Assembly: GCF_009914755.1 (NCBI RefSeq)
Contig: NC_060935.1
DNA length: 64,000 bases
Origin: the human T2T-CHM13v2.0 reference genome, Homo sapiens
Direction: 5' to 3' (one strand)
Part shown: piece after piece, positions 1 through 11,800 of the stretch
Layout: every line of letters starts with the position of its first letter
Numbering within the stretch: position 1 is the stretch's first letter
Notes under the pieces: model-generated
The model's input: the letters and a program-made list of their open reading frames with translations, nothing else
Told to the model about the DNA's origin: nothing
Databases searched by the model: none
Position numbers and translations under genes: made by a program

Positions 1-479
1 TTGCTTCTCCTCTTTCTCCTGTGACTCTCTCCCCTCTGGCTCCAGCACAAGGACAGCAACAGCCCCAGAACTGGTGGAGACTGACTCCTAGAAAAAAACA
101 AAAGGCTCACAGGAGGTGTTGAACATCCTCCCACTTCCTGCTGGTTGGGAGGTATTTCTGTGGCGAGAGCGTCTGTCCCCATGTGCACTTGGGGCGTGTG
201 CGCCGGCTGGTGTGATGGGATGTGACAGGGTCTCACCCGGGAGGGAGCTCCAGCACAGGGGCCTGGCACAGAGTGCAGAGCTGTTCTCAGATACAGAGAA
301 AGCCCAGAGCTGTCAATGAGGCAGCCCCGATGGAGAAGGCCTTCCAAGCAGGAGACCCTTTTTGGCACCGGACTTTTTTTTCTTTTATTATTATTCATGA
401 GGAGGGCCAGTAGCTATGAAAAGTGTAGATTCTGAACTCAGCCTGCTTGGGAAAAGTCAAACAGCAGTACTCCTTCCAG

Positions 480-750
480 AGCAGCATGGATATGAGCAGG
501 AACTTTGAAGTCAGACCTGGGTTCAAGTTTTAGACCCACACTTCCTCGCTGTGTAACTCTAGGCAAGTTACTTGACCTCTCTTATCTTCAGTTGTCTCAT
601 CTCGAATACAAAGCTAAACATCTCTATTTGAAGCAGAGGAAGTGACACACAGCATGCCCTTAACAGAGATGTGCTGAATAAATGAATATATGAAGCAGTA
701 GCTAGCACTAAGCATATAGCAAACATTCAGTACATGTTAGCAATTATCAT
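480..750 (+). mobile_element. MIR SINE
   Basis: MIR core: agacctgggttcaag...gctgtgtaactctaggcaagttacttgacctctc. Confidence 0.75.
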
Positions 751-789
751 TTGATCACCTATTCTGTGTTAATAGGTGATCTTGATCTT

Positions 790-920
790 TCCAATTTTGT
801 GTGGTATCATTCTCCTCACTTTATAGATGAGAAAACTGAGATTGGGATTAAGTTACTGGCTCAGGGTCACACAAGAAGCTGCAGTGTTGAGATTTGAACC
901 TAGGTCTGCCTGAGTCTTTT
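790..920 (-). mobile_element. MIR SINE
   Basis: ttatagatgagaaaactgag...agggtcacacaag...gatttgaacctaggtctgcctga. Confidence 0.8.
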
Positions 921-1882
921 AGTTTGAGGTTTCAATTGGATTCAGAAAAGGGTAATACGTATAGCCAGTTTGTCAGAGTTCACTTGCATTGTGGTCTGCA
1001 GCTGAAAAGAATGATTCTGAGGTTTCACCTTTGCAAAGGATCCCTTGAAGGGGCTGTGGAGATAGTGGTGGTGAGCAAAAAGCGAGTATCTACTTTTTTT
1101 CTAAAAGCTCAGCTACTTCCTGGGTCAGCAGAGGGCTTCAGTCATTCTGTCTATAATGTCACCCACTCTTGGGTATACAAGATAACCTTCTGAACATTCT
1201 GCTTCTCACTGATTCTTACCAAATTCAGAACATCTGTGACTTGGGAATTCACTTGCAGAAATCTGTTCTGGCCGAGTGTTTCACGTGTGTGGGACAAGCC
1301 TTCAATTAAGAGGGATGTACCTGTGAAGTCACATCCCCTCTGCTGCTTCTCTCCCAAGCATCTGCTAGTCCTTCTCCTCCTCCTCCTCCTCCCCCCTCAC
1401 AAGCCCTCTGTGGCCGAGTCTCATGTCCGCCTCTTAACCTGCTTTGGCACTGAGCTGTGCGGAAGCCTTTTGTGATAGGGGATGGCTTCGGCCTTATTCC
1501 AAAGTAGCCACCAGTCAGGACAGCTGCAAGGGAGGGTCTGTGGGTTTCTGTCTAGTACCCGCTGCGGCCGGATCTGGCCGCAGCTCTCCCGGAGGCTGGC
1601 ATGGCCTGAATTGTAGAATGGCTAGTGCGTTCATTACAAATGCTGGCAAGACTAGTGCCTTTTAGTAAAGAGCTCCCCAGCCCCCATTCCTTTCCTTCCT
1701 GATGGTGCTGGTGTTGGGGGAGGAGGCATTCATAATTACTTGTTGATGCATGATCTTCCTAGGATCCTCAGATATGTCCCCACCTCTTGGACTATTTATG
1801 GGAGGGTGTACCAAGTGTGAATATTTTTCTTGGTGCAGAGGTCCCTTCCTCTCTCCTCCCTCCCTGTCCCTCCGAGCTTCTG

Positions 1883-1890
1883 TGACGTCA
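1883..1890. promoter_or_regulatory. Full palindromic CRE (TGACGTCA) upstream of NAV2 exon 1
   Basis: Exact match about 1.1 kb 5' of the ATG; function not shown. Confidence 0.35.
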
Positions 1891-2134
1891 GCCGGGAGGT
1901 GACTGAGTGTCTGCTCTATCTGCAGATTCCCAGGCAGGGAATGCGGCTCCATAGGCAGTTGCTTTTCGGCCCTGAGACAATCTCGGCTGCTCTTTCTCAC
2001 CCTCCCTGAGGACCCTGGTGTCTCGCCTGCCATACACTGCCTCCTGCAGCTGTAATTGGGGGAAAAATATTGATGCTTTGTGCCTCACAGACCATTGCTT
2101 CCCTGTCTCTTCATACTTTCGTGCCTTATTCCTC

Positions 2135-2177
<43 letters not shown>
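2135..2177. repeat. (GAT)14 microsatellite
   Basis: Perfect trinucleotide run. Confidence 0.97.
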
Positions 2178-2449
2178 CATGCACCCCATGGAAGTTTGAA
2201 AGATAACTCATTTCCAGCTCCGGTGTGCTTATTTCCAGAACGTGAGAAGTGGGGAGCCCGTGAGGCCCCTGGAGTTTCCTTGTCCATGGATGTGCTCAGA
2301 GGAGCTTGGAAAACGATCATCGGCTGCTGCTTGGTTCAGGCCTCACTATGTGGCTCCAGATGGTGGGAAAGACAGCTCAAATCTGTACTTTTCTACAAAA
2401 GACAAATCTGACTGTTGAACATTTTCTCCTCAGGTATGGGTCTTACACC

Positions 2450-3013
2450 ATGAAGGAAGATGACAGCCCAGGAGGGGAGCCACCGCTGTGATGAACGCTT
2501 GCAGGAGCCATGAGGGGCGGCTTTCCGCGCAGTGTTTGCAGTGATTTATGGGAGTCAGGGGCTGCCAGAGAGGGATGTGGATGTTAGCAGCTTGGTGGAT
2601 TAAATGCCCATTTACATTGTTATTGACATATAAATTATCTGTGCCAAGGAGACAGTGAAGGAAAGGGTTTCTGGGGCAGTAATGTGGTATGTGCCTCAGG
2701 ATATGGACTTGTCTTTGCCCAGATTTGTCCTCTGGGCTCTCATGAAGCGAGTCTCAGACCTAAAGTAAAACCCCAAGACTTAGCTCTCATGATGCCGGCA
2801 GCAGTCACCCTCATTGCAAAGGCAGTGGTGCCGAGTGAGGTTCCCGAGTGGATTTTAAGAAGACAGGAAGACCTTTGAAGAGGTGGTGCTGATTTCCTTG
2901 GCTGGCGGGAACTCTGTCTGGCTGTTGCATGCATCACTTTTGTGTGGGTTATTTTGTTCCTCTGTGGATTTGGAAGCATCGCTGAAGGAGAGAGAGGATT
3001 TTATTTCTGGGAA
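2450..3013 (+). promoter_or_regulatory. NAV2: Proximal promoter and 5'UTR of the distal NAV2 first exon (TSS not determinable from sequence)
   Basis: Unique sequence directly upstream of the ATG, with GC box GGGGCGG (~2514-2520), TGATTTATGG (2542-2551), TATAAAT (2629-2635) and GGCGGGAA (~2904-2911). Not a CpG island. Confidence 0.6.
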
Positions 3014-3088
3014 ATGGAATCGGTTTCTGAGTCCAGCCAACAGCAGAAGAGAAAGCCAGTTATCCACGGACTGGAAGATCAAAAGAGG
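3014..3088 (+). CDS. NAV2: First coding exon (25 codons, MESVSESSQQQKRKPVIHGLEDQKR) of the distal-promoter isoform of neuron navigator 2; splices in phase 0 to the CH-domain exon outside this window
   Basis: ATG at 3014 in strong Kozak context (GAAATGG), 25 open codons, then AGG|GTAAGT donor at 3089. The peptide matches my recollection of the NAV2 alternative N-terminus that continues IYTDWANHYL. Confidence 0.93.
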
Positions 3089-3865
3089 GTAAGTGGCAGA
3101 ACTTTGTTGGTTGATTGGATTATGGTGCTGGAATTGCTAAGTGTGATTCAGAGAGCATAGGTGGTCATCATCGAGCATGCTTGTCTGTCTTTCTCTCCGG
3201 AAGGAGGTAGCATGGTGGCTTGAGATTTGCTATGTCTCGATGCTGGGTGTCTTGACTTACTGGTAGGCAAGAAGAAAGATAAAGAAAAGGGAAAAAAAAT
3301 TCAGTCCTGGCAGCCAAAAAGGCAAAGATTTATAAGCGTTAACTGAGGGAGTTAACAAAAAATGTTGGTGTTCTCAAAATCCAATATGAGTTTCTTTGTA
3401 CTGAAGCCCCCTTCGGGATTCACACACTCTTAGCACCTTCTGGAAATGTTGCTCCTGACAGCGGAGGTTTTGTTTGAATTATTCTCTGTGTGGTTGTCTG
3501 GCTCTTGTGTTTATGGATCAAAAACATATTCTACTGCACTCTTTGGCCCTATCTGTGAGAATGTCACAGCCATTTAAAATGGCCTGTTGAGTGTAGGTCA
3601 TTTGCTGTCATTGGTCTGAAAGCTGCAGTCACCCAGGACCTGTGTCTACCAGTTAAAGTTCAACTTGTCTTTAAAAGGCAGACGCGTTGTGGAGTAGCAT
3701 AGGGTGGTTGGTTGTCTAGGAAGAAAGTTGAAGCTACATCTTCTCACTCTTGGGGCATAGCTAAGAACGGGGCGTGGCAAGGGTTAAATAAATCTCTAGC
3801 AGAGTCCAAATTTTTGTTGAACTGAAAATAATTTCTGACATTTCCTTTGAAATGTTGTGGATGGT

Positions 3866-3890
3866 AAAAAAAAAAAAAAAAAAAAAAAAA
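3866..3890. repeat. A25 homopolymer
   Basis: Direct read. Confidence 0.95.
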
Positions 3891-4029
3891 GACTTCTGAT
3901 GTTCTTTCAGAGTGGTGTGGGTATCCCTCTCCTCCTGAGTCTCAAAGATTGACTCTTCCCAGTGTGAAATACACATGGAGATGAAAACTGTCCTTCTGAC
4001 TCTTCCCTATGATTTTATGTGGCTCTCTC

Positions 4030-4034
<5 letters not shown>

Positions 4035-4068
<34 letters not shown>
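4035..4068. repeat. (GT)17 microsatellite
   Basis: Perfect dinucleotide run. Confidence 0.96.
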
Positions 4069-4071
<3 letters not shown>

Positions 4072-5489
4072 AAAAAGGATTTTGTATTGCATTTTCTCTG
4101 ACTTTCCAAGGATAAAAATAATCAAAAATAAACATTTTATAAATATTGACTCCATTCCTAACAAAAAATTCAATTTCTGAAACTGCTGTCGCTATAATTT
4201 GGGAAGAATGCCCACTATCTTGGGAACCTAGATAAGTGGGATTTGTTTTGTGGTGTTTGATTTATTAAGTGTATAACCTACTAGACCTGTCTACTCCTAT
4301 TTCTACGGAAGCTTTCAGAGAGATAGGAGAAAAATCAATAATAGTTGTGAACAGAACCCAGGATTGATTGCATTTGACTAAGTATTAGCCAAGTTTGGTA
4401 TCCAGACACTTAGTGGAGGAACATTTGGGACCTCTGACACTGTAGACAATTTTAATTGGGCTGGTACAGCAAGATAATATGCAATTATGATGGCTTCTTT
4501 TTGGCTAGGTGTAGATGTCTGCATTTCCCATCTGTTCTTGGCTCTGGCTGTGTTGGGTCCACATGTACTATGGAGCCTCTGGAAGTAGAATATAACCCCA
4601 AGTGAGGCTCTGCGGCAGCTGGGGTAACATCAATTGGTCATGCTCAGCTGACATTCATTTTAACTTGAACTCTAGCCGTCATGGCGATTATTAAATTTAT
4701 AATGATATATGTAAGATCCATTTTAATGAGTCTCCATGCTTGGGTGAGCTCTCACTTGCGCTGGCAAAATAAGGCTTAACAGAGTATTACATTTCATCTT
4801 CTACTGAATTTTCTGGGCTGTGGTTGAAACTTTGTGTAGAAAGAATTAGATTGTTTTTCCTGATAGGCATTGTGATCGAGTTCCACATTGCCCAGAGTAC
4901 AGTTTCTGGGCTTCTAGAAATACCGCCACTGCAGTAGCTTCTGTTGGCGGCAGCAGCTTCTGTTGGTGTGTGCATGTGTGTGTTTGTGGGTAAACATACA
5001 CCCCATTTGCGTCAAGTGTGAAGCTAAACAAGCCTCTCAGCGTGCAGCCTGGAATGTCTTGTCCACGAAGCTGAAAGGCGACTCTACAGTGTTTTGGCTC
5101 ATATACCTCGGGTGAACTGAAAACTCCTCTTCAGGGGGGATTGGCTGAAAATCCAACAAAGGCACAATCGAGGCATCTGCTGGAGAGCTGGGAAGTCTCC
5201 ACCAGCATGCTTAAGTTACCAAGCATTCATTGGCACCAGATCCTCCTGGCATTTCTGTCTGTGTGTAAGAGATGTTTAGCGAAAGACAATTGTGAGATAA
5301 GTCAAGAGACAAGGCAGAGGGCTAGCTAGATCCAATTTTGCTGTATTTCCCAATGTCCCAAGAGGAAAAGCCACTTCTCATGCACCTGGTTGTAGCTTGG
5401 TGATTGCTGGGGGTTTCATGTGGATGAAATGGCTAGTTTAGGGCCAAATAGGATCTGGCTGTTTGTGGGTACGTGCATATACCTTCTGC

Positions 5490-5715
5490 AGTGAAAAGCG
5501 TCATGGAATATAGAACTAGAGACCTGGGTTCAAATGCCAATGGTGCTGTGTGTTAGCTGTGCAACCCTGGGAAACCTCCTTAACCTCTCTGATTTTTAGA
5601 GTCTACATTTTCAACATAGGACAATGGGGATTTTATTATAGGGATATTATTAAGATTAAATGGAATGTAGCTGGGAAGGACTTTGGCACTTGGTAAATAT
5701 TTAAGAAATGTTCCA
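5490..5715 (+). mobile_element. MIR SINE
   Basis: agacctgggttcaaatgcc...tagctgtgcaaccctggg...ttaacctctctga. Confidence 0.75.
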
Positions 5716-5789
5716 CATATCCTTGGGATAGATTGCAATGTGGGCTTTCTTTTTTTCCTTTTGTTCTTAGAGGGCTGCATGTGATTTTG

Positions 5790-6190
5790 TTTTAAATCCT
5801 TAAAAAAATACTCAAGTCATACATACACATCACAAATCTGAATGTTATAGAAGAATACAGAATATAAATTTCTCATTTCTCTAATTCTATCCAGCAGTGA
5901 CTGCTATTAACAGTTTTGTACATATTATTCTTGACTTTTTTTGGTTTGTGTTTCTTAATAAAATGGATTCATGCCATACATATTTTTAGGAAGCTTGCTT
6001 TGTCATTTAAAATAATGTGGGTGCCTGTCTGAGTCCTTACATACACACCCAAATCATGCCTTCTAGTCACTGGATAGAGTTACACTGTAGAAGTGCCAAA
6101 ATTTATATTATTAATCCCTTATAGATGTATATTTAGGATGTTTCCAGGTTTTTGGTTTGGGCTCTGTTTTTTGATATTACATAATTCCAG
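5790..6190 (-). mobile_element. Old L1 (L1ME-type) 3' fragment
   Basis: ctgctattaacagttttgtacatatt...tatagatgtatatttaggatgtttccagg resembles antisense L1ME 3' UTR. Confidence 0.6.
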
Positions 6191-6307
6191 TATTCATCTA
6201 TTCAAGAAGTATTTATGAAGTGCCTCCTTGTGCCAGGCACCTTTCTAAGAGCTAAATATAAACCAGACATACAAAGCCACTTTTTTCTTGAAGCCTATGT
6301 TTTAGAT

Positions 6308-6508
6308 CAGTGCTCTCCAACAGAACTTCCTGCAATGATGGAAATGTTCTATTCGTGCACTGTACAAATCAGTAGCCACTAGCCATATCTGGCTACGGAG
6401 CACTTGAAATGTTACTAGTGTGGCCAAATTTTAAATTTTATTGAGTTATAATTAGTTTAAACTTCAATAGCTGCATGTGGCTAGGGGCCACTGTGGTAGA
6501 CAGTACCT
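6308..6508. mobile_element. MER3-like hAT-Charlie DNA transposon, inserted in an L2 remnant
   Basis: cagtgctctccaacagaacttcctgcaatgatggaaatgttct...gtagccactagcca...catgtggctag. Confidence 0.85.
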
Positions 6509-8414
6509 TTCTGAAGAGCCAACAACAGGCAAATAACTACACCATCAATTTCCAGACACTGGCCTATGCCTTAAAGAAAATTAATAGGGCAAAGTTGGTG
6601 TAGTGAGTGAGAGAGGTATACATTTCATATTTATGATTATTCTTGAATTTCCCTTTTAATTGATGCATAACTTAGATTCAGTAAAGTGTGTGCTTTTAAA
6701 GTTTACAAATCAATGAAGATGAATTTTTCTACCTCATACACACCTATGCAGCCACAGATGCATAAGGTATTAAGATCTAGACCTCTTCTCTTGCCCCAAG
6801 AGGATGAGCTTTAGCTGGTATAAGGGGATGTCTCCCTGAGGAGGTGTCTTCTGAGCAGAGACCTTAGCGGCTGGCTGTGGGAAGATCAGGAGGCAGCTCT
6901 CAGATGTGAATGTGCCCACTTGTCCCCTGTGCCAGGAGAGGTTATCATTCAGAGCTCTCAAAGCTCCTCCCTATTCCTTTGAAGACTTACCTGGGTGCCA
7001 CATATAGATGGTAGCTCTCTATGCATCCCTAACTCTTGTCAGATTCAAATTCTGTGCTGAAGTGAGGAAAAAGCCGGGGAGACAGGGGGCTTCTGCATAG
7101 AGAAATTCAATGAGGTAAGTATTGTTCAGTGCTCTAAGAACCTACTTAACTAGCATAGATTGGCGAAGTAAAATTTTCCTGACAGACACCTATTGATCAG
7201 TCAAGGGAATGACTTTTTGATTGATTTTTCTCTACTCTTCTTTAGAAGTTTGTCCTTCACAGACAGAGGTTTCCCACAGCGGATGAACATTGTAAAATAA
7301 GAATTGTTGGTTGTTTTTTTTTTTTTTTTAAAGATGCTTGATGATTTAGTAGTGACAAAGATGGTTCAGTTTGAATATTCTCCTAGCTGTCAACTTCTCA
7401 GCATGAAAGCTTCCTGGAGCCAGTTTTTAAAAATGTCTTTGGAGAGTGTGAACTCGGGTTTAGTGTAATTAAAATTTCTAGGGTTGGCTGAACTGCTCTG
7501 GATCTGCCAAGCCCTGCCCTTCAAAGGGTAATATACTATCATATTTGCCCCATCAACCTCTTGTCTTCATTTTTATTAATGGCATTCCCAATTTCCTCGT
7601 CACTTGGGTTTGCAACTCAGAATTGTTTGACCTTCTCCCACCTCACAGGCCCACCACCTTCTTCAATCAGTAGTGGAATTTCTAGTCTCACTGCTACCAC
7701 CCTAGTTTAAGGTCCAGGAATTCTTGCCTGGATGGTGGCATAGTTTCCTGGCTGGCTCCCTTGTTTCCATTTCTCTTTCTTCAGTCCTGCATGGTAACTG
7801 TATGACATCTTACAGATGTTTTGTTTACCCGGGAACAATGCCCATGTCATTCAGCAAGTCAGGGCTGCATGCCACCACCCTCCCCAAGGTCAATCCCAGG
7901 CCAGTAGTGAGGCTGGGCTACATTAGAGGGATTTTCCTTGGCCATAGTGATATGAGCTCTGGGGCATTGAAGGTGTGGTTAGGGGTCTGGATTGATGGAT
8001 ACTGACATGTTAGGTGAGGATGAGGCTTCAGCCCCAGCTCCCCAGATGAGCTGAAATGCTTGTTTCCTGGACTGGGCCAGTGTTTGCTGCTGCTCCTTTG
8101 GAGCTGGAGGTAGCAGCAGTTAGTTACAACTGATCTGCCTTCTGACAGGTCGCTGCCTGTAGGGCCCACCTGTCTTCCTGACATGAATGAAGGGAGTGTT
8201 AAGCAAGAGCTTAGGATGGACAGTGAGGACCTACCACAGCACATTTAAAATATCACTGAAGATGAAAGGAGAGAGACTGTAGCCAGATGCAACTCCATTC
8301 AGTAAGCTTTGAGACCTGACTCAGGTATAGGGTCAGGGGGGAGGATGGCAAAGGGGTCAGACCAATTCCCAGCCTTCATCTCAATGAAGAGAATGTGAGA
8401 TAGCATGATTAGTC

Positions 8415-8670
8415 TTCATTCATTCATTTATTCATTCATCCTACTTTGTTGAGTACCTACTGTGTGCCAGCCAGCCGCAGCATGAGGCACTGGGATCATG
8501 ATGATGAGCTTAGATATTGTCTCCTGTTTCTGGGCACTTCCAGTGTCTTGGGGGAGGCAATTCAATCAGCAGTGACTGTGTTATTAGGTAAGCATCCTTC
8601 TGGTTTGGAGAGGTCAGGGAGGACTTCTCTGGAGGAGGGGGAACGTGAGCTCTGCCTATAAGGGGCCAAG
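8415..8670 (-). mobile_element. L2 LINE 3' end
   Basis: (ATTC)n tail, ttgttgagtacctactgtgtgccag, gagggtcagggaggacttctctggagg-type motif. Confidence 0.7.
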
Positions 8671-8760
8671 TGAAAGGCACACTGAAGAGAGAACTAAATA
8701 AGCAGCTCACAGGGGAACCATGTGGCCTTTTGGGGGGCTGCAGCTGGGATGGATGCTGGC

Positions 8761-8828
8761 TGTTATGGACTGAATTGCATTTCCCAAACATTCATGAAAC
8801 CTTAACCCCCACTGTGGCTGTATTAGGA
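8761..8828 (+). mobile_element. MLT1 (MaLR) LTR 5' fragment
   Basis: tgttatggactgaattgcatttccc...ttaacccccactgtggctgtatt. Confidence 0.6.
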
Positions 8829-11800
8829 TTGTTTTCCAGGGAATAAAACGGCCTTCTTCAATCAGCAGAAATGAATGCTGATATTTTTTATTTTGGCTTA
8901 ATTTTCAACAGTGAAGACAATTTGACATTTTTCTGGACCTGATTTTAATGATGCTGGAAAAGTTGGGTTATTTTTGGTCCTTAAAGCCGCTAGAAGTTGA
9001 ACAATGATTCAGGCACCCTCATAGGTGGCCATTCTCCATTTATTTGACAGATTCATGTAAATTGCACAAGGATAGCTCTGAACATAAGTAAACTGAATTT
9101 ACTTTGGCTTTGCAGCTCTATCCCAACCTGGCTTCCAGAAACCAAATCATTGAGTCCTCAGCACAAAAGAAGGATGAAATTTAATGCTAAGTGGTATGCA
9201 GTGCCAGCCTTCCCACTGGCATCCTGTGTAGAGATCCAGGATTGGCACATTTGTTAAAGCCCTTTTACTTACCTGATCTCTTTAGACTTAATTTTATCCT
9301 ATTGGTCTGTACTGTGTCATTATTTATTCCTTTCTTAAACTATCTGAAGTATGGTTTTAAACTGGAGGGAGAAAGAGCAGCAATGTCACCTAGGTTGTTT
9401 GGTATTTGTTAATCACATAACTTTGAGGCTTTATTAAGGGGATAATTTATTTAACCTTTCTAGCCTCTCCATTTTCATTATGAAAATTAGGATGCTAATA
9501 ATAAAACTTTTGGTGAGGATTATGAGATATAATGTACTTGAAGATTTAACACAGTACTTAGCACATAAGTATTAAATGATATCTATTATAATTCTTATCA
9601 TATGTTTCCCTTGCATTATTTTGCAAAAATCCCTGTAAGAGGCCTATTGGAGGAGTAAAATGGGGATGGGGGTGGGTGGCTGCTGCTACTGCATTTGAGT
9701 TTCCTTTTGGTTAACTGAAGGTCACATAAAATTCCTTCTGGTTTAAACTTGTGTTATGCACATCTTTCTAAAAGAAAGTGTACTTTTCTGTTTCAGAAGT
9801 ACAGTCAGTGGAGACAACAAAATCTTCCTTTATGTAGCAATCCTGTAATAACTACTTCGACTTCATCTTTCCACACGTTAAATTACAATATACAGGACCC
9901 TGGCATGTAGGGATTAGGTTAAACCTTTGTAAGTGTGTCTAAGACAGCCCTTACAGGTTGCATTTTTACTTGAAATTTTTTATTGAATTTCATTTGATCC
10001 ACTCTGTGGCATCCCCTATAACCTCAGCACCAGGAAAAAAAACCTGGTTACCTAGAGGTGGGTTACAATTAATCAAGGTTTTCCAAAACCCATCCTAGGC
10101 TACTTTGCTCCTAAAGCTTGGATCAGATTCTTCCATGCCTGGGGTTTGAATCACAATAATGACATCTCTGACTCCCATCCTCAGGGCATTAATTTTTAAT
10201 CTTCTTTCTCGTTGGTATAATTAGAAAGAGAGGGATGTGGGGGCTGGGAAGAGAAATGAGAGGAGATGCGGATGGCAGAGCAGGAGTAGATGTTTTTTAC
10301 AACGCAGCTTCTTCCAAAGATGAGGAACAACATTGCAGCCTTGCATCTGCATTCTGAGTTCATTTGCGGGGAGGAAGCAGAGGCAAATATGGGACTGGGA
10401 CAGGTGGCTGAAGAAGCCAAGTCAGGGTGATTCCTGACATGGGAATTGGAGGTCATTTGGGGAATGAGCCAGAGCCATGTAACTGCATATGTTAGAGAGG
10501 AAAGTTAAGAACTGGGCTTGGATGTACAGGGGATTTCTTCCTTAAGCTGAGTAAGTAAAGATAAAGTTACCCAAAGCTGTATCCATTTCCAGCACCTACA
10601 CTCCCTTGAATCTCTGGGGTCACAGTGAGACTTGAGGGACAAGAATCAGGATGTTGGTTACAAACAGCAAGATCCTATGTCCTTCATCTCTTGTGAAGCC
10701 ATCATAGAGGTACCAATCTGCATACCTGGGAACAGTGTGCCTTTATGTTCAGAATCCAGGTTTTTGTCTGCTTCTTAGGTGAGTAAGGTTCCTTCAGACC
10801 CCCTCTTCCCACCTCTTACACAGAGGTGTGTGAGTCTAAATTTAAGTTAAAATATTTCTCCTTGTTTCCACTGTTATAATTTAAAAATGCAATAAGTAAA
10901 AATCCTTAATGATGTGAGAAAATCATCATGAGAAGCTAAAAAGTAGGATAAATAATTGTTCTTAGATACACTTTGCACCTCACATGTGTAAATCTATATT
11001 TAATTGTTTGCTGAAAGTCTCTCTTTTTCACTAGCCATTCAGTTTCATGTTTGTTTCTGTATTCAGAACACATATTACAGTGTTCGGCATACAGTAGATG
11101 ATCAGGAAATATTTGTTGAATGAATGAGTGACAGTTGACATTCCAAATGAGAGGGTAAAAGGGAGAGATAGGACTCTCCTTTGACTCTCTGAGTTAGATT
11201 CTTTGTGGCACAGAGCAGTAGTTTCTTAGAAAGGAGAAGATTTTAATTGTCTTTGATTTGGGATGGGAGAAATAGTGTCTGGTAGCACTGCTTAGAGGTA
11301 AAAGTTCTGCATTTGTGAGTCTTTATGCGTGTGGGGATTCATAACTGTGAAGACCCAGTTTTATTATTGTGAATCTATTATCCCTGTCACCCCCACTGTA
11401 GAGACATGCCTTTTCCCTTTGAATTTCCACGGGTCCATGGTGACAGGTGACCTGGAAGGTCATTTCATTGATGTCTGTGTTGGCTGATCATTTATAGGTA
11501 AGATAAGAGGCAAGAACTGTGGCTCAGATGTACCCAAAAGGGGATGTACTGAATAAATCAGTGCAAAATATGCCCTTACATGTTGCAGCACAATGGGGCA
11601 AATTGTGAGAGCAAGTAATGAGGAGTCTCAATTTCTGAGGGCAGAGTCAGTGTCCTGTTGAAGCCCATGGAATGTTCTGAAATAGAAACAAATGACGTCA
11701 CCAGTCATTTAGAAATGCTTACCCAGAAGAGAAGGTGGAATGCTGTTATTCTTTCCAAAAAATAGAATGCATTCAAGAGAAACAGCTTTGAGCAAGGAGA

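Noticed and set aside
41-60. RE1/REST-like TCCAGCACAAGGACAGCAAC
   Set aside because: Half-site spacing is one base short of canonical and the left half is mismatched.
1888-2411. Poly-His (minus) and poly-Asp (plus) ORFs
   Set aside because: Both are readings of the (GAT)14 microsatellite; there is no other protein-like content.
2789-2821. uORF1 start (MMPAAVTLIAK) vaguely resembles the other NAV2 N-terminus (MPAILVASK)
   Set aside because: Too short and weak a match; likely chance.
2942-3160. 72-aa ORF-track call over exon 1
   Set aside because: It starts at a GTG and runs through the GTAAGT donor; the real coding part is 3014-3088.
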